A stretch of DNA of 64,000 bases, from positions 74,028,001 through 74,092,000 of the forward strand of contig OX597818.1 of the NCBI GenBank assembly GCA_951406725.2. The letters run 5' to 3'. Source of the stretch: Octopus vulgaris (Eukaryota). Within the stretch, counting starts at the first letter, position 1; every line of letters begins with the position of its first letter. Shown here piece after piece: positions 1-13,782 of this stretch. The position numbers and the translations under genes were made by a program. The notes beneath the pieces are model-generated. The model was not told the DNA's origin, made no database searches, and saw only the letters and a program-made list of their open reading frames with translations.

Positions 1-179
1 CAACAATATTAGTAATAATAATAATAAATCTAATCGAGAAAAAAAAAAAAAAAAGAATATACATATACATATATATATATATACATACATATACATATAC
101 ATATATATATATATACATATATACACACATATATACACATATACATATACATATATATACACATATACATATATATAGA

Positions 180-1655
180 TATTCATTTCTATTTCTTTAA
201 TTACCTGTGTATTTATTATGTTTGCAGGATCCACTATTGTCATATGTTGTGGTGTGCGCTATTGCTCCATTCTAGTTTTCTATTCAGGCTAGGTTTATTT
301 TCTATTATATGTGTAGCTTCTGTAATTTGTCTAATTGTTGCATCTGTTCTATGTGTGGACAATATCTTAATCTCTATGTTATTGATTGATCCCCCGTGTT
401 CTTGTTCGGCGTGTTGGTACAGAATCGATGAGCTTTTACCTTCCTTGAGTTGTCTCCAATGTTCATTCACCCGCTCACCAATGCTTCTTGCAGTTTCCCC
501 TACGTATGTTACTGTCTTGTTACTGCATCGTCCCTCTATACATCTTATACTATAGACCACATTTCTGGCTTTACAGTTCGTCTGTGGGCTAAATCTACAT
601 ACAGTGCAATAGTTTTCCGTACAGAGAGTTCTACTAAAAGGATAGGTTCTACCAATTATAGATCTGATAGGGTTGCCTGGCTTTTCAACAACCTTAATTC
701 TTAGTTTAAGTTTATCTAGGGTCCTTCTAAAGCGGTACGCTAGTTCACCTCCAGGGGTGGTGTCAACGAACATGACACTCTGGTATTTATGGCTATCATA
801 CCAAGAGTTGGCCTTCCTTATTTTCTTTTTTGTCCTTTCTATAGTGTTCCATGACTTGTTCCTATAGAGTGGGCAAATCCCATTCCTATCATTACATAAT
901 ATATTATCAAATTTCTTCATGGCTCCTTTGTATACTCTGATCCTTTCTTTATGGCTGTAACCTGAGAACTGCATGCGGTGAATGAAATACTGTATGTGTC
1001 TCTTTAATTCTGTAGGCTCGCACATGCGTGACACATTTCTCATTATTCTGACGAGGTCTGCCATCAAAATATTGAATTTGGCATTGCCCGCAATGGCTGA
1101 GTTCCGGTGGATCAGGTATTTTGAGGCCATAGGTTTTGCATAGTATGAATGAAGGATTTGGGTTTTATTTTTCACAATTTCTAGCCAGAGTTCAGTGTCT
1201 AGTACTGGTAGTCTATGGTTGGGGTGTTTAGTGGGGTAGTCTATTGTGACCTTAATACTCTGGTGGATGGAGTTAGCTATTTGCTGGATGCTCTCCATAG
1301 TATTAGTTTCTATTACTATATCAACAGTACTCTCTTGTGGGGGTGCCTTTACTACTATATTGATATCATCAACATAGCGAGAGTACATGTTTACGAGTAT
1401 GGATTTCTGCAGTAGGCATTCTTTAAGCCTTCTGTCCCACCATACCATGAAGAGGTTGGCCACATCACCAGCGATACTAACACCGATGGCTGCCCCCTCG
1501 TCCTGGGCATATATTTTATTATTAAATTTAAATGTGTGGCCTTTTAGGGTAACTCTTATACTAGCTCCTAGTGCATGTGCGATCATTTTCTTTACCTGAT
1601 GGACATTTGCGGGGCTCCGTATGGCTCTGGTCCATCCGCGCCATCTTTCTATATG
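180..1655 (-). mobile_element. Penelope-like retroelement (C-terminal EN+, Neptune/Nematis-like), 5'-truncated
   Basis: ORF 240..1730(-) has RT motifs ([38 protein letters not shown]), a CxxxxCxxC linker and a GIY-YIG endonuclease (NVVYSIRC...[16 protein letters not shown]...H..EH). The 3' end abuts a TA/CA microsatellite. Confidence 0.93.
240..1650 (-). CDS. Uninterrupted RT (C-terminal half) + thumb + GIY-YIG endonuclease frame of the PLE; N-terminal RT missing
   Basis: About 470 codons without a stop. The first ~25 residues of the listed ORF look like non-coding read-through. Confidence 0.85.
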
Positions 1656-2204
1656 TGTCTTCCTAGCCATAGAAGTTGTTATACATACATACAAGCATAT
1701 GTAATGATAATAATGGGTGGATGTAAACACATGAACAAAATTAGAACAAAAGCAACAACAACAAAAACAAAATACAAATTACAAGAATGTATATAACCAG
1801 AAGATACAAATATTACAGGCATCCCCCCACACACACACTAAATAAACATAGACGCACATAGAGATATAAGCATGCGCAAATGAAGACATACAATAGAAAT
1901 ACAAAATGGCTGACGGTTAGTAAGGAGAGACACAAGTAAGTGAGAAGAAAACAAAGGACCACTGATGCGGTCACAGGAGTGTGACGAAAGAAAGCAATAT
2001 ATATATATAGGGCCACCATCGTGCGGTTTCCTGCTAGACTCTTTATAATATTTTCACATTTGATTCCCAATTGTAATAATTTTTATATTTTACGTCTAAT
2101 TATTTCTTTTTATAATACTGCTCACTTCCTTAGTAAATATTGCTTTCTTTATTTTATCACACCCATAATCTTTCTTTTTTAAACAAATATAAAGGTAGTC
2201 CAAC

Positions 2205-2800
2205 TACAATGGGGTGGGGCAATGTGTTAAGTTTTACCTTCTCAAAGCAACGTAGAGAATTTAATTCACCAGCCTTTCTATAAGCTTTGCAATATGTACA
2301 AACATTGTCAAAGAGACTCCTTGCATTATGTACAAAAAACAGGACAGCCAGATGTTGAAAATTATCGAAACTGGCTTCATCGCTAATCTATTAACGAATT
2401 TCTTCCTAGTTTGAAAATATTTTAGTCCGTACTCCTACTGTAAATATTCGGTTTCGTCTCTCAGTACCCTGTTTGTTGACACTGGTGTTTCTGCTAGTAT
2501 TTCAATGAAGTTTGGAAGGCTTCTCATTTGATACTAATTATCAATAAGCGGCTGAACAGTTACAGATGGTAAAAGCTGTCTGAGTGGCTTATTTTGAAGT
2601 AGAATATTCTCCTCTCGAGTTACCCTAACAAATCGGTCATGTGTGACGGAAACAGAATCTCCTTGCATATTCAAATATTTGTTTCAGTCGCTTTGCCCTG
2701 GCTTTATCTGATTCAGTTGCCCGTCTTTCTATCTGCCGTCGTGCTTTTGCTGCTAAACGTTCTTTTTAGTCGCATATATCTTGTTGGACGACCCGTGCTT
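2205..2800 (-). pseudogene. Decayed Helitron Rep/Hel N-terminal region (Zn-finger)
   Basis: Minus-strand translation near 2330-2215, DNVCTYCKAYRKAGELNSLRCFEKVKLNTLPHP, resembles the Helitron CxxCxAxxxxxExxxxCCxxGKVxL..PP motif. An AETP-type segment lies upstream. Confidence 0.5.
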
Positions 2801-2861
2801 AAATACAAAATTCTAATAATTCTAATGTGATATTTGCGAAATAACGAAATCGAACCTGAAG

Positions 2862-2916
2862 AGTGTGTGTGTGTGTGTGTGTTTATATTACAAAGACAGT
2901 GTGTGTGTATGTGTGT

Positions 2917-2992
<76 letters not shown>

Positions 2993-3016
2993 ATATTAGA
3001 GAGACAGTGTGTGTGT
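2862..3016. repeat. (GT)n microsatellite cluster
   Basis: Direct reading. Confidence 0.95.
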
Positions 3017-3689
3017 AAAAGAATTCAATAACAAAAGGAATTTCAGAAAGTAATTTTTCCTGAAAACTTCAATTTATGAAGTGATCTCACTTTCTTGGTA
3101 AATATTTGTTTCAGTAATTCATCGTTGTTTCAGTAATTCATCGTTAATACATCTCAAATTTAAAAAAAAAAACTTTAAGGTAACCCAACTACGTTTCGCG
3201 TGCTATAAATAGCAGCGATTACTTAGTTATTGTGGCGTTCCAAACAGCATTATCGACAAAATCACTCCTTAATTAAAAGAAATATATATATACCGGTATA
3301 TTAAAAAAAATTGTTTTATGAAAAATATTCATTTAACAACGGGCTGTGTGTGTAGAGTAGAAAAAATATATTCGTTTAACAATTCCGGAAACTGATATTG
3401 TTCTTGAAATTATGCCTCGTTTCCTAAGCCTCAAAGTTAATCAGGTATTTTATCTACTAGCATTCATTCATTAAATAATTCCTTTACATCATGTATGTAG
3501 AATAAACTGTGGGCTTTGCAAATAGCGAATTAAAACCTGAAATGAATACATATGAATTTTTACCCATGAAAACAGAGGTGAGAGAAAGTAAGAGAATGTT
3601 GCAAATGAAAGTTGAAAGTTTCACCTACAACGAAATAAAATTGTTTATTAAACATTAAAACCCACTCCGCAGTAAATTCAGCAAATATT

Positions 3690-4288
3690 TAAATATGAAG
3701 CGTCGAAGACAATGGGTAGGGAAAGGAGAATCACCGGAACCTCAGGCTAATGTAGGTCTTCACCTAGGTAATGTGTTGTTATCTGTTTGGTGGGATATGA
3801 AAGGTTTAGTCCACTTTGAACTTTCAAACCCAAACCAAACGATAGCAAAGGAGATCTACTGCGAGCAGCTTGTTCGGCTTAAGTGAGCGCTAGAAGAAAA
3901 ACGACCACTTTTGCTTTCAAACGAAAGTTGTCGTCCATCAGGATAATGCTCGGCCATATACAGCGAGCATGGCATTCCAAAGGTTTGAGCAGTTTGAATG
4001 AGAAATGATGCCCCACCCATCATATTCGCCGGACATTGCCCCATCTAATTACCAACTATTCCGCAGTCTTCGAAATCATTTGGACGGAAAAAATATGAAT
4101 TCTGTAGACGAGATCAGAGCATTACTGGAGGAGTATATTTTCTCGCGGATTTTAGAAGAGGGGCCTTCCAAGTCTACCAGATGGAAAAGCATTGTAGAAA
4201 ATGAAGGAGGTGATCTTTTAGATTTAAAAAAGAACTTCGTTTATCTTAATTTTGAAAAATAAAAGCATTATTTATGGGATGATCCAAT
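3690..4288 (+). mobile_element. mariner (DD34D) transposon, 3' half, frameshifted
   Basis: VLLSVWWDMKG..FEL.NPNQTI..YCEQL, HQDNAR, HPSYSPDIAPSNYQLFRSL. The 3' TIR-like gcattatttatgggatgatccaa at ~4265-4287 matches the TIR at 34410. Confidence 0.92.
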
Positions 4289-5074
4289 TTATGCATCGGA
4301 AGATGCATATATATGTACATATTTATAGATGCATACATATATGTGTGTGTGTGTGTGTGTATGTGCGTGTGTGCGTGCATGTGAATGGTATACCTACACT
4401 CGCATACATATACATATTTAGAATACTCTATATGTATTTGCGTGTGTATATATTTTTGTATGTTGAGGAAGAAGGCAAAAATTACATAGTCCTCTTTCAC
4501 CAGGTGAAAAATGACAGGGTATATTCATAAAAGAAAGAAAGTAGAGATAGAAATGTTTCATATTAGGTTTCTGCTAATTCACTATGGCAGCCACAATTTC
4601 TGCAATATGAATATAAATTTATGCAAGCTGTTACTTAGAGACTAATATAAATTACATTGCTTTCACCTTTTGAAGCGTTATTGCTTTGACGGACGAATTA
4701 GTAATAAATGCTATGTAATCTAATACTGCACTGAATAGAATTACCGAGGAGTCATTTATTGACAAATTGAGAAAATATTGATAAATATAGCTTCAAGAGA
4801 GATTCCGCTCTACTTTCTTGTGCACCATAGTTTTATGCTTCTGCTTAGTTCACAAAATAATGCAGATCAACAGTTTATTATTTCATTTCTATTATGAGAT
4901 TTCATCTGTGAAAGATGAATTCAATCTCATTATAATATGCTTTGCGTGAAGGTGTTTTAATTTTTCTCTGGTATCTACTAAATGCCTATCAACTGCTTAA
5001 TAGCTGGGTACACAAAGCTGATTTGTTGCACAGACAGTTATATAGTTGCCGCGAGATCCGTGTAACGTTGGTGA

Positions 5075-5330
5075 TATCTACAGGAAATCAGCAACTATCA
5101 GTCAACCCCAGGAGTTATCGGTTTTTTAAAAGTTTGGTGCAAGTCCTATTGCTCTCTTTTCAGGAACCACAAATTTACGGAGATATAAATACACCAACAC
5201 CAGTTATCAAGTGATTATGAGGGGCGGGAAACACATTGACACGCACACACACACACACATTTAGATACTATGGGCGTATTTCAGTTTTCATTTATCAAGT
5301 GGGACTGAAACCCAAACCAATTTACTACTG
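5075..5330 (-). mobile_element. SINE family A remnant
   Basis: Similar by eye to other copies (acaccaacaccagttatcaag; gggactgaacc head fragment). Confidence 0.55.
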
Positions 5331-5348
5331 TGAAATATAGCGTGTCTA

Positions 5349-5697
<349 letters not shown>

Positions 5698-5789
5698 ATC
5701 GAAGTGTACTGTGCGGTTTTGCATTAGGTATACAACGAATGTTAGTTAACAGTCCAATTATGTAACCCGTCACTCATCATAGATAGCCA

Positions 5790-5880
5790 GCAGATACTTC
5801 TGATGAGAGCAGGTTTACTTAAATGGATTATTTACTAACACTTTGTTGATCTCCTGGTGCGAAACCGATTGGTGAGATTA
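5790..5880 (+). ncRNA. Degenerate type I hammerhead-like motif
   Basis: CTGATGA-gagcagg...cctggtgc-GAAAC-c-gatt-g-GT. Stem I and the cleavage triplet are degraded. Confidence 0.3.
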
Positions 5881-6068
5881 GCCTTAATGTATATATAATA
5901 CCGTACACTTCGAAGAATATACCCCCGCTACTGACAGATATATGAGTGCATTTTTTTCCCTGATTGATTCACTCTAAGACGGCATACACACGCACACACA
6001 TACACACACTTATACATATATATCTATCTATCTCTCTCTCTATATATATATGTATATGAGTATGTATG

Positions 6069-6104
<36 letters not shown>

Positions 6105-6372
6105 CGCAGGAGTGAATGTGTGGTAAGTAGCTCGATTACAAACCACATGGTTCTTGGTTCAGTCCCACTGACAACATCGTCCGTGTTTGCACCCCACGAC
6201 ACTTGACAATCGATACTGGTGGGTTTACATCGCCGTCTCCCAAAAATCCCATTCGAATAAGTAGTAGGCTTACAAAGATTAGGTCCTGGGTCGATTTGCT
6301 AGACTAAATGCGATGCTCCAGTATTACCGCAATCAAATGAATGAAACAAATAAAAGAATAAAAGAATAAAAG
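6105..6372 (+). mobile_element. tRNA-derived SINE family A
   Basis: Head gcaggagtg..tgtgtggtaagtagct...ggttcagtcccactg; core gtcctggggtcgatttgct..gactaa; (AAAGAATA)n tail. Many homologues in the window. Confidence 0.85.
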
Positions 6373-6813
6373 CATATATATAATTATTTATTTATCTATT
6401 TATTCTTTAGGATGATTTTACTGAACTTGATATAATATTACACAACCTGATATTCACACGTACCACCTCAAACATATGCATGCTGTGGGGACCGTGCGCT
6501 TGCGTGTGTTCATGTACGTAAACCTGGGTGTGCTTTTATGCTGTGTCTGTTCATAATATGTATGTATGTACGTATGCATGTATGTATGCACTTACGTGCG
6601 TACGTTGGTAAGTACTTTGTATGTATTATTTATGTATTATTTAGGTATGTAATTGTTTAGACGTTTGTGTAGACCCGTGTGTATACGTGTATGTACAGTA
6701 TGTACATGTGAACTTATTTTTACGTACTGATATGCGTGTCTGTTCAAGTGGTATGAACACACGTCTACACACTTACATACATAAATACTCACATACATAC
6801 AAAGTACATACGT

Positions 6814-6912
6814 GCATACATACATACATACATACATACATACATACATACATACATACATACATACATACATACATACATACATACATACATACGTACA
6901 TACATACATAGA
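6814..6912. repeat. (CATA)n microsatellite
   Basis: Direct reading. Confidence 0.95.
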
Positions 6913-7202
6913 TATCATGAACTGACTGTTACTTTCTCAGATGCAGCACGGAATTTTGTTGAGTGGTCAGGTCGCGGTCTCAAAGCGACGAAAATATTTT
7001 GACAAATTAAATTTAAATGTTGAAGTGAATCCAACGGTTTTTGCGTAGTTTTAGATGAAGCGTCCATGACGTGAGGGATGGGGAACGTAATATTTATTAC
7101 ATGGTTAAAAAACTTGTTGAAGTTAGTGATATAGAGGAGAGTTAGAAATATAATTTTAGCAGAGAGGTGTTGTTCTGTTGGTGAGAGTAAAGCAAGGCAG
7201 AT

Positions 7203-7292
<90 letters not shown>
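7203..7292. repeat. (GATA)n microsatellite
   Basis: Direct reading. Confidence 0.95.
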
Positions 7293-8003
7293 TGGGATGG
7301 GGCATGGTGATGGTAGTCGTGTTGTTGTTGTTGGTGGTGGTGGTGGTCGTGGTGGTGTTGCAAGTGGTAGTGGTGCAGGTGGCGGTGATGAGTGGACAGT
7401 GAAAAGTGTAATTGTTTTTTTTTAATTGAACTAAGTTTTTTTTTATATCACTTATCACGTAACGTATGTGCATAAGTACAATTATTGATCGTCTGCTCGT
7501 TTGAAAATTGATATTTATTTATAACACATAGATGACAGGTGATGTAAGATAACAACAGAAAGAATGAAAACGAGTAGGCAATGACGTAAGAAGCAGCAAA
7601 GTGTGGAAACATTAGAACAAGCAAAGAGAATCAACGCGTAGAAGGGAAAATATGAGTCAAAGAGTATAGAGTAAGTATTTACAAGATATAAATGGACGTA
7701 TTATAAAACGCAAATTGGTAATGACAAAAAAAAATTAAAAGGAAGAAAAATCCTGTAAGCATACGCTAGAAATTTACATTAGAGATACGAATATTCTCCA
7801 TAATCATTTTGAACCTCTTAGATTTATATATGAACCTCTGAACTTCAGAAAGTATGGGAAATTCATGCTCTTTCAATTACAATATTTTCCAGAAGTGAAA
7901 AGTGTTTTTAAACGAAAATTATGCAGAATATACGATATATAAAATGACACAAATTTTTGTGTCTCTATATAAATTTACAACCATCTAAAAAGTTTCGCAT
8001 TTA

Positions 8004-8030
8004 CCGTGGAATTTCCACGGGTACCGCTAG
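8004..8030 (+). mobile_element. Helitron 3' terminus (5' boundary not determined)
   Basis: Hairpin CCGTGGAA-t-TTCCACGG, 6-nt spacer, then CTAG followed by host T, the canonical Helitron 3' signature. Confidence 0.7.
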
Positions 8031-8614
8031 TACACATTAATACAAGTATTATGCCTCAAATATAATATCGAGTATGTTCGGGTTAAATTCACAGAGAGTG
8101 AAGGCGACGAATTATCAGATTCATTATCGTATCCAATAGAATAACTCTGTCCTACCGTCAGAGATCATTCGCACGTTGTCGAATTTCACTCTTGTTTCCG
8201 TAGTTTTCTTCTACTCCACTCCGTCTGACTCTCTCGCTTGCTCTTTCTCTCTCTCTCTCTCTCTCTCTCACTCTCTCTCTATCTCTCTCTCTCCCTCTCT
8301 TTACCCCTTTCTATCTTCCCTTACTTATATCTCCCTTTTTCTTTGTCTCCTCATCTCAGTATCTCTCTCTCTGTATTGTCTCCGTAAGTCATTAATTCGC
8401 CACTTACTGCAGCATGGCTTTTGGAATAAGATATATTCGTGGAGCTGTACTGTTTTGGAAGTGATTTAAGACGAAATTAGATAGACCGAGGGCACATACA
8501 CACCATTGTACTCAGTTCAGATAAATCACCTCTAAATTTTATAATGCATCATCTAGTTTTAACTGCATGGACTTTCGCTTCTCTCAGACACATACTCATA
8601 CACACATATTGCAC

Positions 8615-9366
8615 TGTTTTCGGCAGTGTTTGGAAGGAAGGTGTGTAGAGTGTGCTCGTCGCATTAACCATAAGAAATTTGTCATGGTGATACCTGGTCT
8701 GACGCCTACGCAAAGTTACAGAAAGTGTATGTAGAGCGCTGTATAAGCTGCACACAAGTGTACAAGAGGTTCAGAGGCTTCCAAGAGGACAGAAAAAAAG
8801 TCGATATTGACGAACATTCTGGAAGACCTGCAAGCAGCAGAACTGAGAAAAACATCGCAGATGTGCGTGCAGCTGCGAGGGGAAATCGTCGAATCACCAT
8901 CCGTGAGTTTTCAGTGGATGTGCAGATTAGTTACCTTTTCATTTTAGTCCATTATCTCTGGAGATTTGAGTATGAGACGCGTGTGTGCCAAATTTGTGAG
9001 GTAACCGCTTTCACCTGACACAAAAGACACCCGGGTTTCAGTTGCACAATATCTCCTTGATTGTTTCGGGAACGACGAAATCTTTTTGAAAATTTTGCGC
9101 AGGCATCTGAACTAGTACCGCCAAGCTTTTGGCAAAAGTTGATGCAGATTCTTTGTTCAACCTTCTCTGTCATGTTTAATGCGACGATCACCCGTTACAC
9201 ACGTTCTTTCCAAGCACTGCTGTATACAGCGAAAATGTGCAAGAATGTTAAAACTTACTGGATCTGCAGAGCAGAGATCAATGTCATTCTGTACCAAGAG
9301 CTTTACTCTGCATTTTTTAGCTTTGTTACTATGGCAACAGTCCGGATAATTATTGATCAGATGACG
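8615..9366. mobile_element. Two inverted 5' halves of a mariner-type transposon
   Basis: The + strand 8700-9060 encodes an HTH region (YAKLQKVY..CTQVYKRF..F..DEHSGRP..RRITIRE). The - strand 9366-9080 carries TIR cgtcatctgatcaataattatccggactg and the start MTEKVEQRICINFCQKLG. The 5'UTR segment is present in both orientations. Confidence 0.8.
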
Positions 9367-11789
9367 TATGTGTGCGGCAGTATGTGTGTGAATACTGAGA
9401 TGCTTCAGAACAGTAATAAACATATTAGTGCATTGTTTATCTGTTGCTTGTTCATCGTTTGCTTATTTTATTTTGTTTCGTAAGAGAGAGCCTTATCTCC
9501 ATTTCAAGCCGTACTGATTCCGCACTTATTGTCACTCCGCTGTTTTTAATGGTTATTAGCGATAATTATCATTATTGTTGGTGTTGATATTGATAGCTAC
9601 ACCAACAACAACGGCACAAACTTTAACGTTGGTGTGGGTAATGATGCAAGTCAAAATGGTGATCTAGCTGATTGAAATGTTAATGAATGAAACATGATAT
9701 GCTAAAGAAATTTAAAATTGAAAATAAAAAAATCAAGCCATATGCATTAGTGTTAATTGAATTGAGAAAGAAGCAGTTGTAAACAGTTCTTGAATGACTG
9801 AGTGTATAAATGTGTCAATAGCAATAAGAGAATTATATTGAGAGTGGTAATTAATGAAATTGTGATTGTTTTTTTCTAGCAAACTTTAGTTATTGAATGT
9901 TTGGAAAGCCATGCAGAAGTAGCTCAAAATATTGAGCATGAGGCCAATCGAATATATCAGTAGCCATACTTGTAGGGGAGCAGCGACATAGAGCACAACA
10001 CACATGCATGAGTGGGCATTAAACCGTCACTCACCGTACTTAGTTACCTTGTTGAAGTAAAATCTACCTACTGATTGTGTACATAAAGTCGATGATCGAG
10101 TATTTGTAGATTCATTTTATATTTTATTAAATTCAATTGTAAGAGATACAACTTGCTAATAGAGACACACATTTCTCGCGTCCAGGGCATCTATTTTATT
10201 TCTCTCAAATGGACAGCATGCTGGAAAATTGTAGCGTGTAAATTGTTCCACTGGTTCACCAGACTTACCTTTGAATATGTAGAACCAATGAAGAAATTGC
10301 TGTCTTGTAATTGTGCCAAATAAGAAAGATAATGATCTCTCGCTCGGAAAGATCAAAAACTAATAATTTATTATTAAAACTGTGATTTTGAACTAAAATC
10401 AGGTTACACGGGTAGATAAGAATAGTAACCGAAAATGTGCAATCATTACAATTTCCAGCTCAAAAATATTTTAGAAAGATATGACATAGTTTAACTAAAG
10501 ATACTTTTGTCTAATTACAACTACCACATATGCAATCGAAGCAAAATGCTATATGAGTGATGGAAGTTGTAACCAATATTACAATGTGTGTTTCATACTT
10601 TGTCATAGTGAAATTAAATTAGAATTCTCTAAGACATTTCAGTTGACGTTTTTGCAGATATTCCATTATTCTTAAATAATAAATTATAAAATTAATATTT
10701 TAGGACGTTATACATAGATATTACCATCTGGAAATTGAAAACTGATCTGATCTAACACTGTATAATAGATATTGCATTAAAAACCAAAATAGCTTACACC
10801 TACGAGGCAAACTTCTACTCGGTGACTCAATCTCTTACGAATAGCACATATATATGTATTTTCTTTTCTCTCTGCATTCTGATCAAGTTGTCTTAATCTT
10901 CCGATCGGGTTAATAAGACGATTATGAGTGCACTTAACTATAAAAGCATTTGGACATAGCACTAAAACAGGACAGGGCCGCTGTTATTCCCCACTTCGTC
11001 AAAAGTCCATAAAAGGACACATGTTCTAAATATCAGTCTACAAAAACTAAATCGGATGGACAGGGGTTTTATGTATGTGATCAAAGGTGTACTAGACCAA
11101 GGCTGATATGGGACCGTATAAGTGAGAGAATATCGACATATCTTTTCAGGTACATAACTGACACGGTTTTTTTATTCTTAGAGAAAAGCCATCTCATTGT
11201 TTGATTTCAATTCTCTTTAACAATACAAACAATGTATACATTGTACTTAAGATTATATCTATTAGATACCGAAAATGGACAATTACGATTCAATGAGTCT
11301 TTAGTGTAAAGTTTAGTTCTTCAAATATGATAATATATTTACTTATAAGATCGATAATAGAATGTAATCTCTAGACATAAGGAATTAGTTGTAACAATAT
11401 ACTCCATTGTAATGACAAATATAAGTATAAAAAGGCTAAAGGAAAAAAGGCTGGTTTATCTTTCTTTATTTCTTTTTTCAAATTTTAGACAATATCTCAT
11501 GGACAATTCTTCGCTGTTAACCGTTGTTAACGACAGCGAAATTCACCTGTAATAAGATGCAAAACAAATATCTAAGTCTTCGTTCACAAAGCCCATGCGT
11601 TTTGTTACCAATCTTCATATTTATTAACCATAAACATCGGCAAAAGATACGGAGAGCCCACTCGCACACAGGCACACACTCACAAACGAGCACACAGTAA
11701 TGCAGACACACATAAACACACGCATACAAAGAAACACACGTCTTCTGCACAGTTTCATGTGACGGTTGTCACATCTTTCGACATATTTT

Positions 11790-12950
11790 TATAACTTGTA
11801 GGATGCTGATCATGTTATCACTTTACGAATGTTAACATCTGTAATGGTAGAGCGAATACGGGAGCCCAGATGGCAGAAATCGGTAACTCATTCAATGGGC
11901 TCCTTATGAATGAGTAAGATTACGCACACCAGCATATTCACTAATTGTTATGGTTTTTGTCCTCGAGGGTTTATTGTGAGATGAACTTCAAATGCATCCA
12001 ACTCTAGGATTGTGAAGAAAGTTTGAGCATTTGTGACTGGATGTGTGACGAGTATGATGTCATCTGCGAAGTTTATGTCAGTGAGGTACAATGCTGGACG
12101 ACGTGGTCTTTGGCGAGGATTGAAAGTTATGCCTAGTTCAGATACCATAGCGTGTCGTAGTACGTATTCCAAGACTATTATCAAAAGGAAAGAAGATAAA
12201 GTGTCTTTTTGGAGATCTCCTATCTTCTCTACGTATGTGTGAATGTGTCAGTCAGCGTTGCGTGCGAAAGTTTTAGGTGTCCCACTGATAGGACAGATAG
12301 AATTTCCAACTCTATTTTATATACTACAGGAATAGCGAATCTGAAATATTTGTTCATGGCGGACAGATGTAAAAGTTTTGGTTAAATCTAAAGAGACGGC
12401 GTAGTAAGACTTTGTTGGGAGGGTTTTCATTGAGTCGACCAAGAGTTAAAATAGATTCAACAGTGAAGCAGTATTTGCGAAAGCCGTTTTGCTTTGATCT
12501 GAGTAGTGTTTCGATAGCATCTCGGATGCGATTGGTTTAAAGAGTTTGGTTGAAACGCTTAAAGAATTTGGCTGAGCATGACAGTTAGCTGATTCTACGA
12601 TACAAGCCGTATTTCCATAGATCTCAAACTATGCCTGTTTTGTGCTGAACTAAAGCTCTGTATGTTTGTCTCTTACAGCAGCCCAACAGCATTCACTTGA
12701 TGGCAATCACACCCGACTTCTTCGCAAGGCCTTTAAAATCTTTCATACCAACCATATTATCAGACAAGTCACTATAGGGATCTTTAACGCTTGTCAGTCA
12801 CAGTCAAAAGTTAATAAAATTCGCAAACCAGTTTTTGTCAAATAGATCAACCTGTCGCTGTACTTTTCGTCTGTAACCTCGTGGGAAATTTTAAGTTTGA
12901 TGCTTTGCGGGACGCAGGAATGTACAATGTCTCAGAATCGGCCCTCACAA
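11790..12950 (-). mobile_element. RTE-clade LINE RT relic
   Basis: DTLSSFLLIIVLEYVLRH...LTDINFADDI RT motifs; many stops and frameshifts. Confidence 0.8.
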
Positions 12951-13782
12951 TATCATTTCGCACCGCCTTGTGCCGAGTTCGACGTCCATGAGTGAAATGG
13001 GGTAGAATGCGTAGTGTTATTTTAGCAAATTGCTCTCATAAAATATTGGTCATCTCACTACTGTGACAGAACAGAAAATATTGCACAGTAGGTTCGAACA
13101 CGAAATCTGATTGTGAAACGAATTTTCTTAACAATGTAGCAGTGCCAACAGCATTTACAAAGCATAAATATAAACATTATTCAATGCCTTCGTGATATGT
13201 ATTGACAAACCTACCACAGTACTTCTGTTATAAAATCATTTATTCTTTAATCTATGCCACATTCCAGATTGTTTCTCATTCTTGAGAATGTTTCCTCTGA
13301 ACCTTTACATATATTCTGATGAAAATTTATGCAAGTGGATTTCGTATGGATTTCCCGTATCATAACCAGACACGATCTCATGGGTGTAGTCTATTTACCA
13401 ATACACCTTTAGAGAGATAAGCAAGCTTATAAAACCTCTTTGGTGTTACGAGCTCAACCAGAAACATGACAGGGAATGCGGAATGAATTGTACCAGACAC
13501 TGCACGTATCTAATAATCCTATACGATTCCACATTTTCAGTCAAGAGCTTGTTATATATCGACTTGTTATATATTGACTTAAGAATTGCTAAATCTTAGA
13601 GATAATAATAAGAATGGCATCAGGCACAAATATGTGGTGTATTAAAAGTCTGATTGAATGTATGATGTAGCATTACTACTCTGATTTCTGCAAATTGATT
13701 CCAGGCTGCAATAATCGATCTCTTCTTTTGTCTCGGTGTGTTCTTTTACAAATAATGATTTAACACCACATGAAGAAAAGAT

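Noticed and set aside
3180-3235. GAAAC-GTA-GTT with an upstream hairpin on the - strand
   Set aside because: The 5' core is too far from CUGANGA to call a hammerhead
10156-10356. ORF with a strong - strand donor AAG|GTAAGT at ~10269
   Set aside because: No clear acceptor or recognisable peptide; expected by chance in 64 kb
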